Positions 9,701-19,230 of a stretch of 20,000 nt of DNA are shown piece by piece. The notes under the pieces are model-generated. The model made no database searches and was not told the DNA's origin. It worked only from the letters and a program-made list of their open reading frames with translations. Location of the stretch: the NCBI GenBank assembly GCA_002256025.1, contig NKIB01012750.1, positions 51,477 to 71,476 of the forward strand, read 5' to 3'. The position numbers and the translations under genes were made by a program. Within the stretch, counting starts at the first letter, position 1; every line of letters starts with the position of its first letter. Source of the stretch: Asterionella formosa (taxonomy: Eukaryota).

Positions 9701-10724
9701 GCATAATAAATTGGAGAAACTATGGAAAATGAAGCGCAATGTTTTCTAAATGTTTACAATTAGTACATAAAATGATGTATACATGATAAAAAATATAATG
9801 CCTTTTAAGTCCACTAAAATGCAAAATGAACGACTTAAGAAGTTCGATATCATAAGATATATACTTGAAATTGTTGCAATTTTTAGTTTCCAAGTACTTG
9901 CATGCTTTAGTTCATTCCAATTCAAAGGGTTTTAATTGGGGTTGGCTGAACATTTTTCTAATTTTAGTCCAAAACGGGGTAATATACCGGTATATAGTGG
10001 TCTTGGACAGTTTTTGATTGGTACCAGGTACCCACGCGGCAGGTACCTTTAGTCTACTTGTTCCTACGTTTTTCTCTCTCTGTATGATAAACCAACAGCC
10101 AGGAGGGAAAGAGGTGAGCGAGGTGGCAACTAGTACTAGGTAGGTACCTGGTAACAGCGGATACAAGCAACTGTGTACATGCATACAAATGATACTGCAA
10201 CTGTTAGAATTCCCGTTCATGTAGCTTCATAAATATCATTCGGAGTACGATAGTAAACCCTAGCTAAGTAATTGCTCGATGCTCACAGTGTTATTATTCA
10301 GAACAACAATGACGATCAAAGAAGCCTCGTCGTAGGAATGACAACGACGATCAAAGAAACAGAAGGCAAGGAATATGTACTGTGTATGGCATTCGAATTC
10401 GTGTACCATGCATATTGCACGCACTAACTAGTGCGAGCTACATAATGGGAATCAAATGCAGGAACCTAATAGCTCTACACATACCGGTATACAGTACTGG
10501 TTTTCCGTTTTCATGCGAATGTGACACAGACTATCTGAGCATTCCCGTGCTTACCGGTAACAAATGACCGGGTAGAGTCTACATATTTTCTAAGGTCCGA
10601 CTCTACTTGCGCGTGACGTTTGCTTCGAGAGGATCAACACAATGTGAGACAAAATTGAACATTGTATAGGAACAGGTGCCTCATGACACATGACACACCA
10701 GTAGAAGTGATCATTTCCAGCATA

Positions 10725-10784
10725 GCAGCAAGCAGCAAGCAGCAAGCAACAAGCAACAAGCAACAAGCAACAAGCAACAAGCAA
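10725..10784 (+). repeat. Heptamer tandem repeat (GCAGCAA)3(GCAACAA)5 GCAA
   Basis: Read directly; it ends 8 nt before the ABCG ATG at 10793. Confidence 0.95.
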
Positions 10785-10792
10785 ACCATAGC

Positions 10793-12685
10793 ATGCCTCC
10801 TCAAGACGATGACAAGGACGGCTCCACTGCCTTGCGGAGCAGCAAACTTGCGAGACGAACAGTGACCCTCGTTGAACTCGAGCTGCAGAATGTCACGTAT
10901 GCTCCGATGACGGCGTCCACATCTTCGTCTACAAAAGTCCGCAAGACCATTCTCAGCAACATTTCCACCAAAATTGAACCTTATCAGCTCTCTGCGTGGA
11001 TGGGACCCAGCGGAAGTGGCAAGACGTCCCTCATTTCGGTGGCAGCTGGATTGACCAAGGCTGGAGACTTGTTGGACGACTCCACCATTTTGATCAATGG
11101 CGAACAAGGTCGACTGCCCAAACGGATGGTCGGCGTCGTTTGGCAAGATGATTTGCTCTTGTCCAACCTGAGTGTGGAAGAGACCATCTACTTTTCAGCG
11201 CGCTTGAAGTCGCCCAAAGCGGTCTCGGAGGCGGAGGTGCGACAAGGGGTGGAACAAACAATGCAGGAATTGGGATTGACTCATGTACGTCACTCTCTCA
11301 TTGGAAATGCAGCAGTGCGAGGAATATCCGGGGGCGAGCGCAAGCGAGTAGCGGTTGCATCGGAACTGGTCGTGCGCCCTGCCTTGCTCTTTTTGGACGA
11401 GCCTACCTCGAATCTGGACGCCACGTCTGCTCAAGCCCTCATGGCGACCCTCAAGGACTTGGCGACCATGGGACACGCTATTGCTGTCGTAATACATCAA
11501 CCTAGGACTGCCATTTACAACCTTTTGGACCATGTGTTGTTGTTGAGTCAAGGCTGTGTGGTGTTTGATGGCAAGGCGTCGTGCGCAAGGGCATATTTGG
11601 AAGCTGTGCCGGGGATCGGAACTTTGCCTGCAGAGACTGGCATTGCGGATTGGATGATGGATACTATAGTGGAAGAAGAGCGACGAGAAACAGGGGACAA
11701 TGCTTTGTTAGAACATTGGAACGCCAAATCTGTGAAGAACGAACAAGATGGGGAAAGCCACTGTCCACTTGCGTTCCAACCGCCAAAGCGCCAAATGTCT
11801 ACTCTCCGAGAACTTCACGCGATTCCAAAGTTTGAGTCTTCGTTTTGGACACAGCTACGTCTCTTGACCGCTCGCACTATCAAGCAGCAGCGAGGAGAAC
11901 GTCTCACTCGAGTAGCAGCACTTTTGACTCTTGCATATGTACTTTTCACTGGATTGTTCTGGTGGCGCATGCCAGACAACACATCAAGAATATATCAACG
12001 AAATTCTCTTCTTTTTTTCTTGCTGATTGCTCTTTCAAATGGTGTTGTCTTGGCAAGTATGACTGTATTTCAGCAAGAGCGAGCCCTGTTGGAACGAGAA
12101 CGAGCAAAAAAATTGTATCGCGTCTTGCCATACTTTTTAGCCAAGACAGCTTCGGATATGACCAATACAGTGCTTTTGCCCTGCATCAATGTTGGCGTGG
12201 TCTATTGGGTTGCCAACTTGAGACCCACGGCGATCGCCTTTTTGCAATTTTTGGTGGCATTTTACTTGACGCTCTCGACAGCCCAGTCCATGGGTTTATT
12301 TCTTAGCATTGCCATCCCCAGCATGAGTATTGCTTTGATTATTGCTCCAGCGATTACTCTATTCTTCATGATTATGGGGGGATTTTACATTCCATTTCAA
12401 AATATGTATCCATTCCTACAGGGTTTGTCTTGGTTGTCCTTTGCAAGATATGGGTATTCCTCCTTTATCGTAAATGAATATGCCGGTCGAGACATTCCAT
12501 GCGTGGAAGGAGATGCCGCAATTTCGATTGGATCTGGTGAATGCCCGTTGCCAGGGGAGGAAGTCATTGCCGCCTTGGGTATTGACGGATTATCGACAAG
12601 CTACTGGTTTGACGTTGGAATATTGCTTGTCATGCAGCTCTTTTTCCGGGGGGCTTCCTATGGGTTGTTGCGCCGTCACAAATAG
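10793..12685 (+). CDS. ABCG (white-like) half-size ABC transporter, NBD-TMD topology, 630 aa, intronless
   Basis: Walker A GPSGSGKT, Q-loop WQDD, signature ISGGERKR, Walker B LLFLDEPT, H-loop IHQP. Also FWTQLRLL, ERALLERER and about six TM helices with WLSFARYG. Confidence 0.95.
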   Translation: MPPQDDDKDGSTALRSSKLARRTVTLVELELQNVTYAPMTASTSSSTKVRKTILSNISTKIEPYQLSAWMGPSGSGKTSLISVAAGLTKAGDLLDDSTILINGEQGRLPKRMVGVVWQDDLLLSNLSVEETIYFSARLKSPKAVSEAEVRQGVEQTMQELGLTHVRHSLIGNAAVRGISGGERKRVAVASELVVRPALLFLDEPTSNLDATSAQALMATLKDLATMGHAIAVVIHQPRTAIYNLLDHVLLLSQGCVVFDGKASCARAYLEAVPGIGTLPAETGIADWMMDTIVEEERRETGDNALLEHWNAKSVKNEQDGESHCPLAFQPPKRQMSTLRELHAIPKFESSFWTQLRLLTARTIKQQRGERLTRVAALLTLAYVLFTGLFWWRMPDNTSRIYQRNSLLFFLLIALSNGVVLASMTVFQQERALLERERAKKLYRVLPYFLAKTASDMTNTVLLPCINVGVVYWVANLRPTAIAFLQFLVAFYLTLSTAQSMGLFLSIAIPSMSIALIIAPAITLFFMIMGGFYIPFQNMYPFLQGLSWLSFARYGYSSFIVNEYAGRDIPCVEGDAAISIGSGECPLPGEEVIAALGIDGLSTSYWFDVGILLVMQLFFRGASYGLLRRHK

Positions 12686-12941
12686 CGGTGGTGACATGAT
12701 TTTTCACCCCGATCTTCACAATATTGTTATAGTTTCAAATATACATATTGTTACTTAATTTTACAATGTCAATGTTGATACCATCCATTGTTTCTAAACA
12801 ACTAATGACCAAGCATGCAGCAACGTCACGCCATGATCTCGAATCCTGAAGCATGTTTTCAGAATGTCGGATTCACGTGATCCAGAACTGATGACTCAAA
12901 GTCAATGCTTCATGCATGCAGTGAATGCTCGAAAGAAGTGA

Positions 12942-13790
12942 TTAGTACGACACTCCGTAAGCAAGTTCCCGCATCGGTGCGACTTCAACATGTTGAAACT
13001 CTCCTCCTTCGTCACGAACAGAATCATAACTCTGAGAGTTTTTGTAGGAAAGATAGGCATCCCACAACGCATTGGCCGCGTTGACAACCATGGGAAGTGC
13101 TGCAACTGGGACAAATCGGAAACTTAACAACATAATCGGAGGCCAAATAGTAAGGCTCATTTTGTAAGTTGGTATGAATTCTGAATGAATCTTTTGCAAA
13201 AACGTTTGCATCGTACCGCCCTTGGCAAAGTTCATGAATCCAAAGAAACTGCATAAAAATATAGGCTCAATCAACAACAATTCCAAAACCATTTTGACAA
13301 TCGGAGTTGCCCATACTCCGTACTTTGCCAGTGACCACGGGGAGCATAGAGCGTCCAACAAGGGGTACCAGGACGAATACAATGGTCCAGATACCATGAA
13401 TCCAAATGCTGCAAGTCTAGCGGCTCGTCGGGTGTCCATTTTGGTTGCTTGCCCTGGCTGTTTGGAAGCCACTTTTTCAAACTGTTCAAACTTCTGCGCT
13501 AAGATATCTCCAAGTGACGACAGCCACATGCATGCAAGGCTGTTCGTCAAGAGTGGACTTGACCATATCACTTGTCCTACCCCGAAGATTGTAGCAGATG
13601 CAAGTATAGTTGCCGTTTCGTCTCGCGTGGCTGGGCCATGATGCGGCTTGGCTTGAAACGGAGTTCCTTTCAGGTTTTTGAAATATTTCGCCACTATTGC
13701 TGCTGTCTTCTTGGCCGGAGGGTGAGCCATGAACGCACTAGCAGGGAATGTGATGAAGGTACTAGAAACGAGGAAAGGAAGCCACCTCAT
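12942..13790 (-). CDS. Mpv17/PMP22 family membrane protein (paralog B), 282 aa, predicted plastid-targeted
   Basis: Motifs LSSLGDILAQ, DTRRAARLAAFG..SGP...WY, TYKMSLTIWP...FRFVP and N...ALWDAYLS. The N-terminus MRWLPFLVSSTFITFPASA-FMAHPPAKK resembles a signal peptide, ASAF cleavage motif and basic transit peptide. Confidence 0.92.
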   Translation of the reverse strand: MRWLPFLVSSTFITFPASAFMAHPPAKKTAAIVAKYFKNLKGTPFQAKPHHGPATRDETATILASATIFGVGQVIWSSPLLTNSLACMWLSSLGDILAQKFEQFEKVASKQPGQATKMDTRRAARLAAFGFMVSGPLYSSWYPLLDALCSPWSLAKYGVWATPIVKMVLELLLIEPIFLCSFFGFMNFAKGGTMQTFLQKIHSEFIPTYKMSLTIWPPIMLLSFRFVPVAALPMVVNAANALWDAYLSYKNSQSYDSVRDEGGEFQHVEVAPMRELAYGVSY

Positions 13791-14169
13791 GGTGAACTAA
13801 ACCGCGATCGTTTGCTGAAGAAGAGGTGAATTGATGTACCGGTATCGATGGGCGGAAATTCAACGGAGTGAGCATCAGATTAAAAATATTGCATCATCGT
13901 GGCTGGTTGGCCATCAACAAAGCAGGACATTACTTCTTCGGCTGATGACGGTGTCATCGTAACTTGCATCCTGTACATGAATCAGTACCAAGATAACAGG
14001 TTCTCTGTTCCTCGTTCGAGCAGGATATCGTCTTCTTAGAACACGGTAACAACCACGTCAATCTTCCCTTCCTCCACGTCAACTTGCCAAGTGGCTGGCT
14101 GGATGGAGTTGGCGGAGAATTACGGTAAAGTAACGTTATTATTACATACTCCGACTAGTGAAACGGCTT

Positions 14170-14385
14170 ACCAGGTACTACACTCTATCGGTATGGAGCA
14201 CCGGTACCTGGTAGCAGGGTACCTGGTACCAGGTACCAGGTAGTAAGTACCCGGTATCGGACTTGAATTCCTGACCTACCGGTACTCGGAGACTCGGAGT
14301 ATCATACGGCACCAGGATACCAGTACTCCATTCACGAGCACTAGAATACCGGTAGTACTCCGGAGTACGTATCATGAGTACCAGT
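14170..14385. repeat. GGTACC/TACCnGGTA low-complexity palindromic cluster
   Basis: Includes the perfect 20-bp palindrome GGTACCTGGTACCAGGTACC (14218-14237). A near-identical stretch lies at about 7017-7043. Confidence 0.75.
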
Positions 14386-14399
14386 ATCTATTCTTCTGA

Positions 14400-15600
14400 A
14401 AACTCCATGCCAGTAAACTTCCTGGAATTTCAAAATTCCCTTTTCTGGTCTCAGTCATAACTGAGGCCAATGCTAATGGTGCCCAAAATACGAAGATCAA
14501 TTTTTGAAAAGCAATCACAGCAAAATCTTCGTTCTCCATTATCTGGAAATTTCATTCTTGCCTCCTCAGCAAGATCTCCGGGCAGCCATGATCCTTAAGT
14601 GTGAAACCAGATAACACCACCAGTAACCATTAGCAACAGACAGAGCCCATTGGAGTAATAAAAAGCTTACTTCCTGTATTGTTGCATGCTCTGAGGGAAT
14701 TCATTTTTCCCAAAGATATTCTCCTTACATTCCTCTACTACTACCATTCCATGACACAGGGAAAAAATTGTCATAGTGTCAGATGGGTCAGTTCAAGAAG
14801 AAACAATGGCAACTCAAGCATGGAAACTTTATGACCGTTCAAACAAGTTAAGTTCTGCCAGCTATGGTAGAGTGCTTGGAGGGGACACCCCATTTCTTCT
14901 CTTTGTGCAGAAATAGGGGCTTCCTTCTTGGGGCTTGGCTGGTTGCAGTGGATGCTCCAAATCAGCAGTCACACATGAACTGGGACTATTTTCCCACTGA
15001 CAGCAATCAAGGTGTACATCGACAATAAATCACTCATGACAAGGATTCAGAAATGGTGAAATCAGGGACCATCAGGGACATTAGCTACTGTTTATGACTT
15101 ACTCCAATCAGTGATGACAATGGCACAGAAGCACCAAATTCACTTACAACCACCATATCACATCAAGATTAAATTTTGACATTGACAATTTGCCAGGAAA
15201 GGCTCATGATATTGCCATCATCAGTAGCAGCTTCCTGGTGAAATCATATGTATGCACACCTGCTGGACACAGTGCCACCTTTAAGTTGGAACAGAATTGG
15301 ATCACTAGCTATATCTCCACCGCAGTCCAAGAATCAAATTACTGCAAAGAAGTCCACCAGGCGTGGTATCTGCCTTCTCGCAAAACCTGGATAGGAAACC
15401 AAAGAAATTTTTGATATGGTGGACTGGATTGCATGCCATTGGGCTAGTTCAAGAATAGGTGGACAATAAAGACTGAAAATATTCAAATTGGAATTTGATC
15501 TTTTGGCAATGATGGCTGAGTAAAAGGAAAATTCAAAACAGCAGTTCGATGAAAGATGTCCTAGGTGTGGAAGGTTTAACGAAGACTTTAAACCACCACT
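14400..15600 (+). mobile_element. Degenerate non-LTR retrotransposon remnant (RNase H domain plus C-terminal zinc knuckle); boundaries approximate
   Basis: Motifs occur in the expected order across frameshifts: EKIVIVSDGSVQ...QAWKL (14761), SSLCAEIG (about 14895), IKVYIDNKSL (about 15006), SHQD (about 15156), FDMVDW (about 15410) and DERCPRCGRFNEDF (about 15548). Many stops, and CpG-poor. Confidence 0.8.
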
Positions 15601-15847
15601 GAACAATTAAAACAACACATAAGTAATTCGTTGCTCACGATGGAGTAAATGGTCAGAAGCCATGTAGAAACGAGCTTTCCGTGTCTTCAAATCGATGATT
15701 GCATCAACTGGTCTTGTCACACTGGAACAATCTTTTCTTCACGTCATATTGAATTTTCAATCCTACAATCCTACGATACATGGCTTTCATTGCAAAAACA
15801 TTGCATGTTGATGAAATTAGTTGAATAATATCGACCTAAACATCATT

Positions 15848-17338
15848 CTAGACAATTTGCTTCAACGCTTTGACAAAAATGTCCTTCACTTCCCGAGCAC
15901 TGGCGCGTTGATCTATATCCTTGACAAGACATCTCTTCATACTTTTGAGAATGGCAACATCAAAGGGGTGTTTGCTTCGTAAAATACTTTCGTCTTCAAT
16001 GATCGGATGTCCCCCTTCTTTCACAAATTCGTAAATAGAACTCAAATCGGGGAAATTGCCGAAGGGCGAAGCGCGGCTATATAAGAAATACAAAACCATA
16101 CCTAATGACCAAATATCAACCTTTTCAGTGGACCAGTCCTTGGCGTACTCTTCAGGAGACCGCCATTTTCCCTGGTTATCTGAAAAGTAGAACTTGGTCG
16201 TCGCATTTTTTAATGGATTCCACGTCAAAAGTTTATTGCGATTGAAGTCATTCAACCGGAATTCTCCATCAATTCTAATCCATTGATTTGGCTTGATATC
16301 ATTGTGGACCATGGTTGCTCGTCCTCGCTCATCGACATGATGAGCATCTGACACGGAGGATACAAGTCGGTGCGCGATTCGTAATAGTTCCTCTTTCGAT
16401 GGGTTGTTGTTGCTGTCAAACAATTTTGACAAATCACCATCATCACTAAAGTCATGCAAAGCAGAATTGGAACAAAATCCATAAATATTTGCAACATAGG
16501 GCGAGCTGGTCAAGACATCATAAGCAATGGCATCTCGACGGTGTCGTTTGAAGCGGTCAGGACTATACTCGTGAGAGTAACGGAGTGTTTTCAAGGCACG
16601 TCGGGCGGATGCATCATACTCGAAAATTTTCCATACATCACGGTAATACCCTTGAGCCACCCACTGATTCGATTGTCGTGCATCATGAATGGGAGTGGCC
16701 AAGTCAATTTCATGGAAAAACTTTACAGAGCGTTAAATAGAAGCGGTGTGGTTAGTTATTTTTTCCAAGATCGCTCGTTTTCCACAATTGCTATTGTTTG
16801 TACTAAGACCACGTTGACTCGCTTGCAATTCGGTAAATTTACTTACATTGCACGTTGGATGATAGGCTTCTTGCCATTCTCCCATGAGCTCGCACGATGC
16901 ATCATTGCTCTTACAAAGGGGTCGCTCCGGGTCATATCCGGGATGAATGTACTCATGGTAGGAAATTAATCTCTTTTCTCTGGAACTGTTTTTCCAATCA
17001 GCAAAAGCCAGTTGTCGTCCTTGATGATTGCCTTGAGTATTTAGGAAAGTGGTGCGGGGATATCGTTTCATCGGTGGTGATGGTTCCACTGAACTCGTTG
17101 TATTTTCATGATGGTGGGGAAAGTATTTACCATTCGCAGCGAGTAGAACAATAAGAAGCCAAGGCAATTTGTACTGTATTCGAATCCACAATGTCCAGTA
17201 TTCACGTTGCACCTGAATCAACTGGGGTTTCTGATGGTCCGTCCATGCAAGGATTGGCAGTTTCCGACGTTGTCGCAGAAAGTGGCAAGAAGCATTTTTG
17301 TCTCCAGCAGCAGCTCGAAGATAATTAACCAATCCCAT
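15848..17338 (-). CDS. Protein kinase with N-terminal hydrophobic anchor; exons 17338..16847 and 16720..15848, about 454 aa
   Basis: Splicing joins WQEAYHPTCN to FFHEIDLATP. Kinase motifs are QGYYRDVWK, ALKTL, HNDIKPNQW, LNDFN, WRSPEEY, KVDIWSLG and RASAREV. The hydrophobic stretch LPWLLIVLLAA lies near residue 60. The start ATG at 17338 is the first in-frame ATG and is unconfirmed. Confidence 0.85.
16721..16846 (-). other. 126-nt GT-AG intron (phase 0) in the kinase gene
   Basis: On the minus strand: GTAAGT donor at 16846, CTAAC branch-point-like sequence at 16755-16751 and an AAG acceptor ending at 16721. Confidence 0.88.
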
Positions 17339-18249
17339 GTTATTCAAGATTTGAAAGGAATTCTTAATGAATTGATTGCATTGACCATGCGTGCCCGGAA
17401 ACCTGAATTATCGGCATTCAGCTAGTTCACAATCATCAAGAGGAAAAGCACAGGTTGAATTGAATATATGATTTAGGCCTGTAGTTCACGTTAAGTACAT
17501 AGTTCAGCAATACCGGTAGCTATATTCAGGTATAACATAATTTCAAGGCGATTAAAAAAGCAAGTGATGTGCACGCGGCGTTAACAACCAGTTTACGTTT
17601 TTGTCCACAGAGGTGAGCAAGGTCCCATGTAGAGTGACCTGCTAGCAACGTACATGCAAGGTTCAACATTGATAGTAGCTGTACCTGGGTAGACTACTCC
17701 AACCAGGAATCTACTGGCACTCAAAGTTGCTTCGGACGAAAAATTCGAAAAAATGATCATGCAAAATTTTTACTTATCATGGGCACGAGCTGAAATACTT
17801 CATGCAATAAACGTATATGAATATGAGGACATCAAATTCGATCGTAAGTTCCGGTATATAATAAGCACGTCTCAATATAAATGATGAGTTGCATCACATG
17901 GAGCACTTCACATGTAATGTACAAACTCGAACATTGCTCTAATATGCCACCTACTTGAAACGTGTAGTAAGAAGTGATACTCAGATGAAATTTTTGTTTT
18001 AGCTTGTTCATTTTTTCCTATTCCACTACTTGGTGAGATGAAACAACTGCTGCATCTACAAATCAAAAATAAAATATTTATACGATCACAGGTATTGTAC
18101 GGTAACTGGCATAAAAAAATTTGCCTCATGGCTGATTATTTCTTTTGTTGTACTATGTATGATAAATGCCAACTATAAAGTACATGATCAAATCAAGCAT
18201 ACTACTTATAATAAACAACACAACATAATAATTAGCAAAACAATATCCT

Positions 18250-18500
18250 ATGATGTACATTCTTTGTGAGTCAACATCACAAACAGCCTTGACATTGATT
18301 CCATAGTAAGTTTTGCAGTGACCTGAAAAAATGCACTGGGATTGTTGCCACCACAGTCAACTAGTAGATGATTGGCCATGGCTAAGAAGCCATCAATACC
18401 AACAGAATCTCTTATCAAGTCTTTGGAGCTAGCTATTGCATGAAATAAGCATGCCGATTTGAGAAAATCTTTTTTCCTCTGGGAAAATAATCTTGAGTTC
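18250..18500 (-). mobile_element. PIF/Harbinger (DDE_Tnp_4) transposase fragment, N-terminal part of the catalytic core, frameshifted
   Basis: Minus strand reads SVGIDGFL...DCGGNNPSAF, then after a frameshift SGHCKTYYGINVKAVCDVD. This matches the Harbinger G(A)IDG...SGH...GxNxQAVCD pattern. Confidence 0.8.
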
Positions 18501-18504
18501 TTCG

Positions 18505-18772
18505 AAATTGAGTAGCAAATAGCATACATGGCCTAGCCAGCCATGGCCATATATATATATAGCTAGTCATGCTCAAGCTTGTGCACACGCAAATTGAGTA
18601 GCAAATAGCATACATGGCCTAGCCATGGCCAAATATATATATATAGCTAGTCGTGCTCAATCTTGTGTACACGCAAATTGCGTAGCAAATAGCATACATG
18701 GCCTAGCCATGGCCAATTATATATATATATTATATATATATATAGCTAGTCGTGCTCAATCTTGTGCACATG
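18505..18772. repeat. Minisatellite, 3 copies of about 84-98 bp, each with an internal (TA)n tract
   Basis: Units start AAATTG(A/C)GTAGCAAATAGCATACATGGCCTAGCCA at 18505, 18591 and 18675. They end (TA)nGCTAGTCRTGCTCAAKCTTGTGYACA. Confidence 0.95.
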
Positions 18773-18891
18773 AGTATGTACTACAAATTGCATGGTAATC
18801 ATGTGAACGTGAATGGGAACACACGTTTCACAGCCAGGTAAAATGTCTGTACCTGTGTATATTGAATAAATCTCTACGATGAGAGTAAGAA

Positions 18892-19230
18892 TCAGTATAC
18901 TGTTTTTATGTCCAATCTATGTAGTAGTGTGCATAAGTTTGTTGATAGGTTTTTTTTCTTCAGGCTACACCATTTTTCTGAAGTAGATAGCAAATGCCAT
19001 TCCTTTCTTATCCTCAGCTGTGATAGAAATAAGTTATATGCATCCTGGGTTGAATCATCTCGTTGTGATCCAACAAAGGCAACCAGCGTTACATCAGACA
19101 ATGTGTATGTTGCATCACCTACCCGAAAAAACTTGTGTCGAATGCTGCACCCCACTCGAAAATGGTAGTTCGCTCAAAGGCTACTAATTGTGCAGTACAC
19201 TTGCCCAGTGAAATTAAAGGTCTGCTGCAG
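18892..19230 (-). mobile_element. PIF/Harbinger (DDE_Tnp_4) transposase fragment, C-terminal part of the catalytic core, frameshifted
   Basis: Reads GKCTAQLVAFERTT, then VGDATYTLSDVTLVAFVGSQRDDSTQDAYNLFLSQLRIR, a frameshifted E-M-A-F and KW. This matches the Harbinger GDxAY...FN..LS..R..IE.AFG...KW pattern. Confidence 0.85.

Noticed and set aside
10306..10358. 18-bp imperfect direct repeat ACAAYGACGATCAAAGAA
   Set aside because: Only two copies, consistent with a small local duplication; no other support.
10590..11146. Minus-strand ORFs with LLVACC repeats resembling Cys-rich membrane peptides
   Set aside because: They are translations of the heptamer repeat and antisense to the ABCG gene.
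11395..11425. ABCG D-loop DEPTSNLDA instead of DEPTSGLDS
   Set aside because: PTSNLD occurs in many active ABC ATPases and all other catalytic motifs are intact.
16733..17347. Stand-alone 204-aa ORF, or a frameshifted kinase pseudogene
   Set aside because: It is explained as kinase exon 1 reading on into a canonical intron.
18505..18772. CRISPR-like array
   Set aside because: The units are whole tandem copies with no unique spacers, the context is eukaryotic and there are no cas genes.
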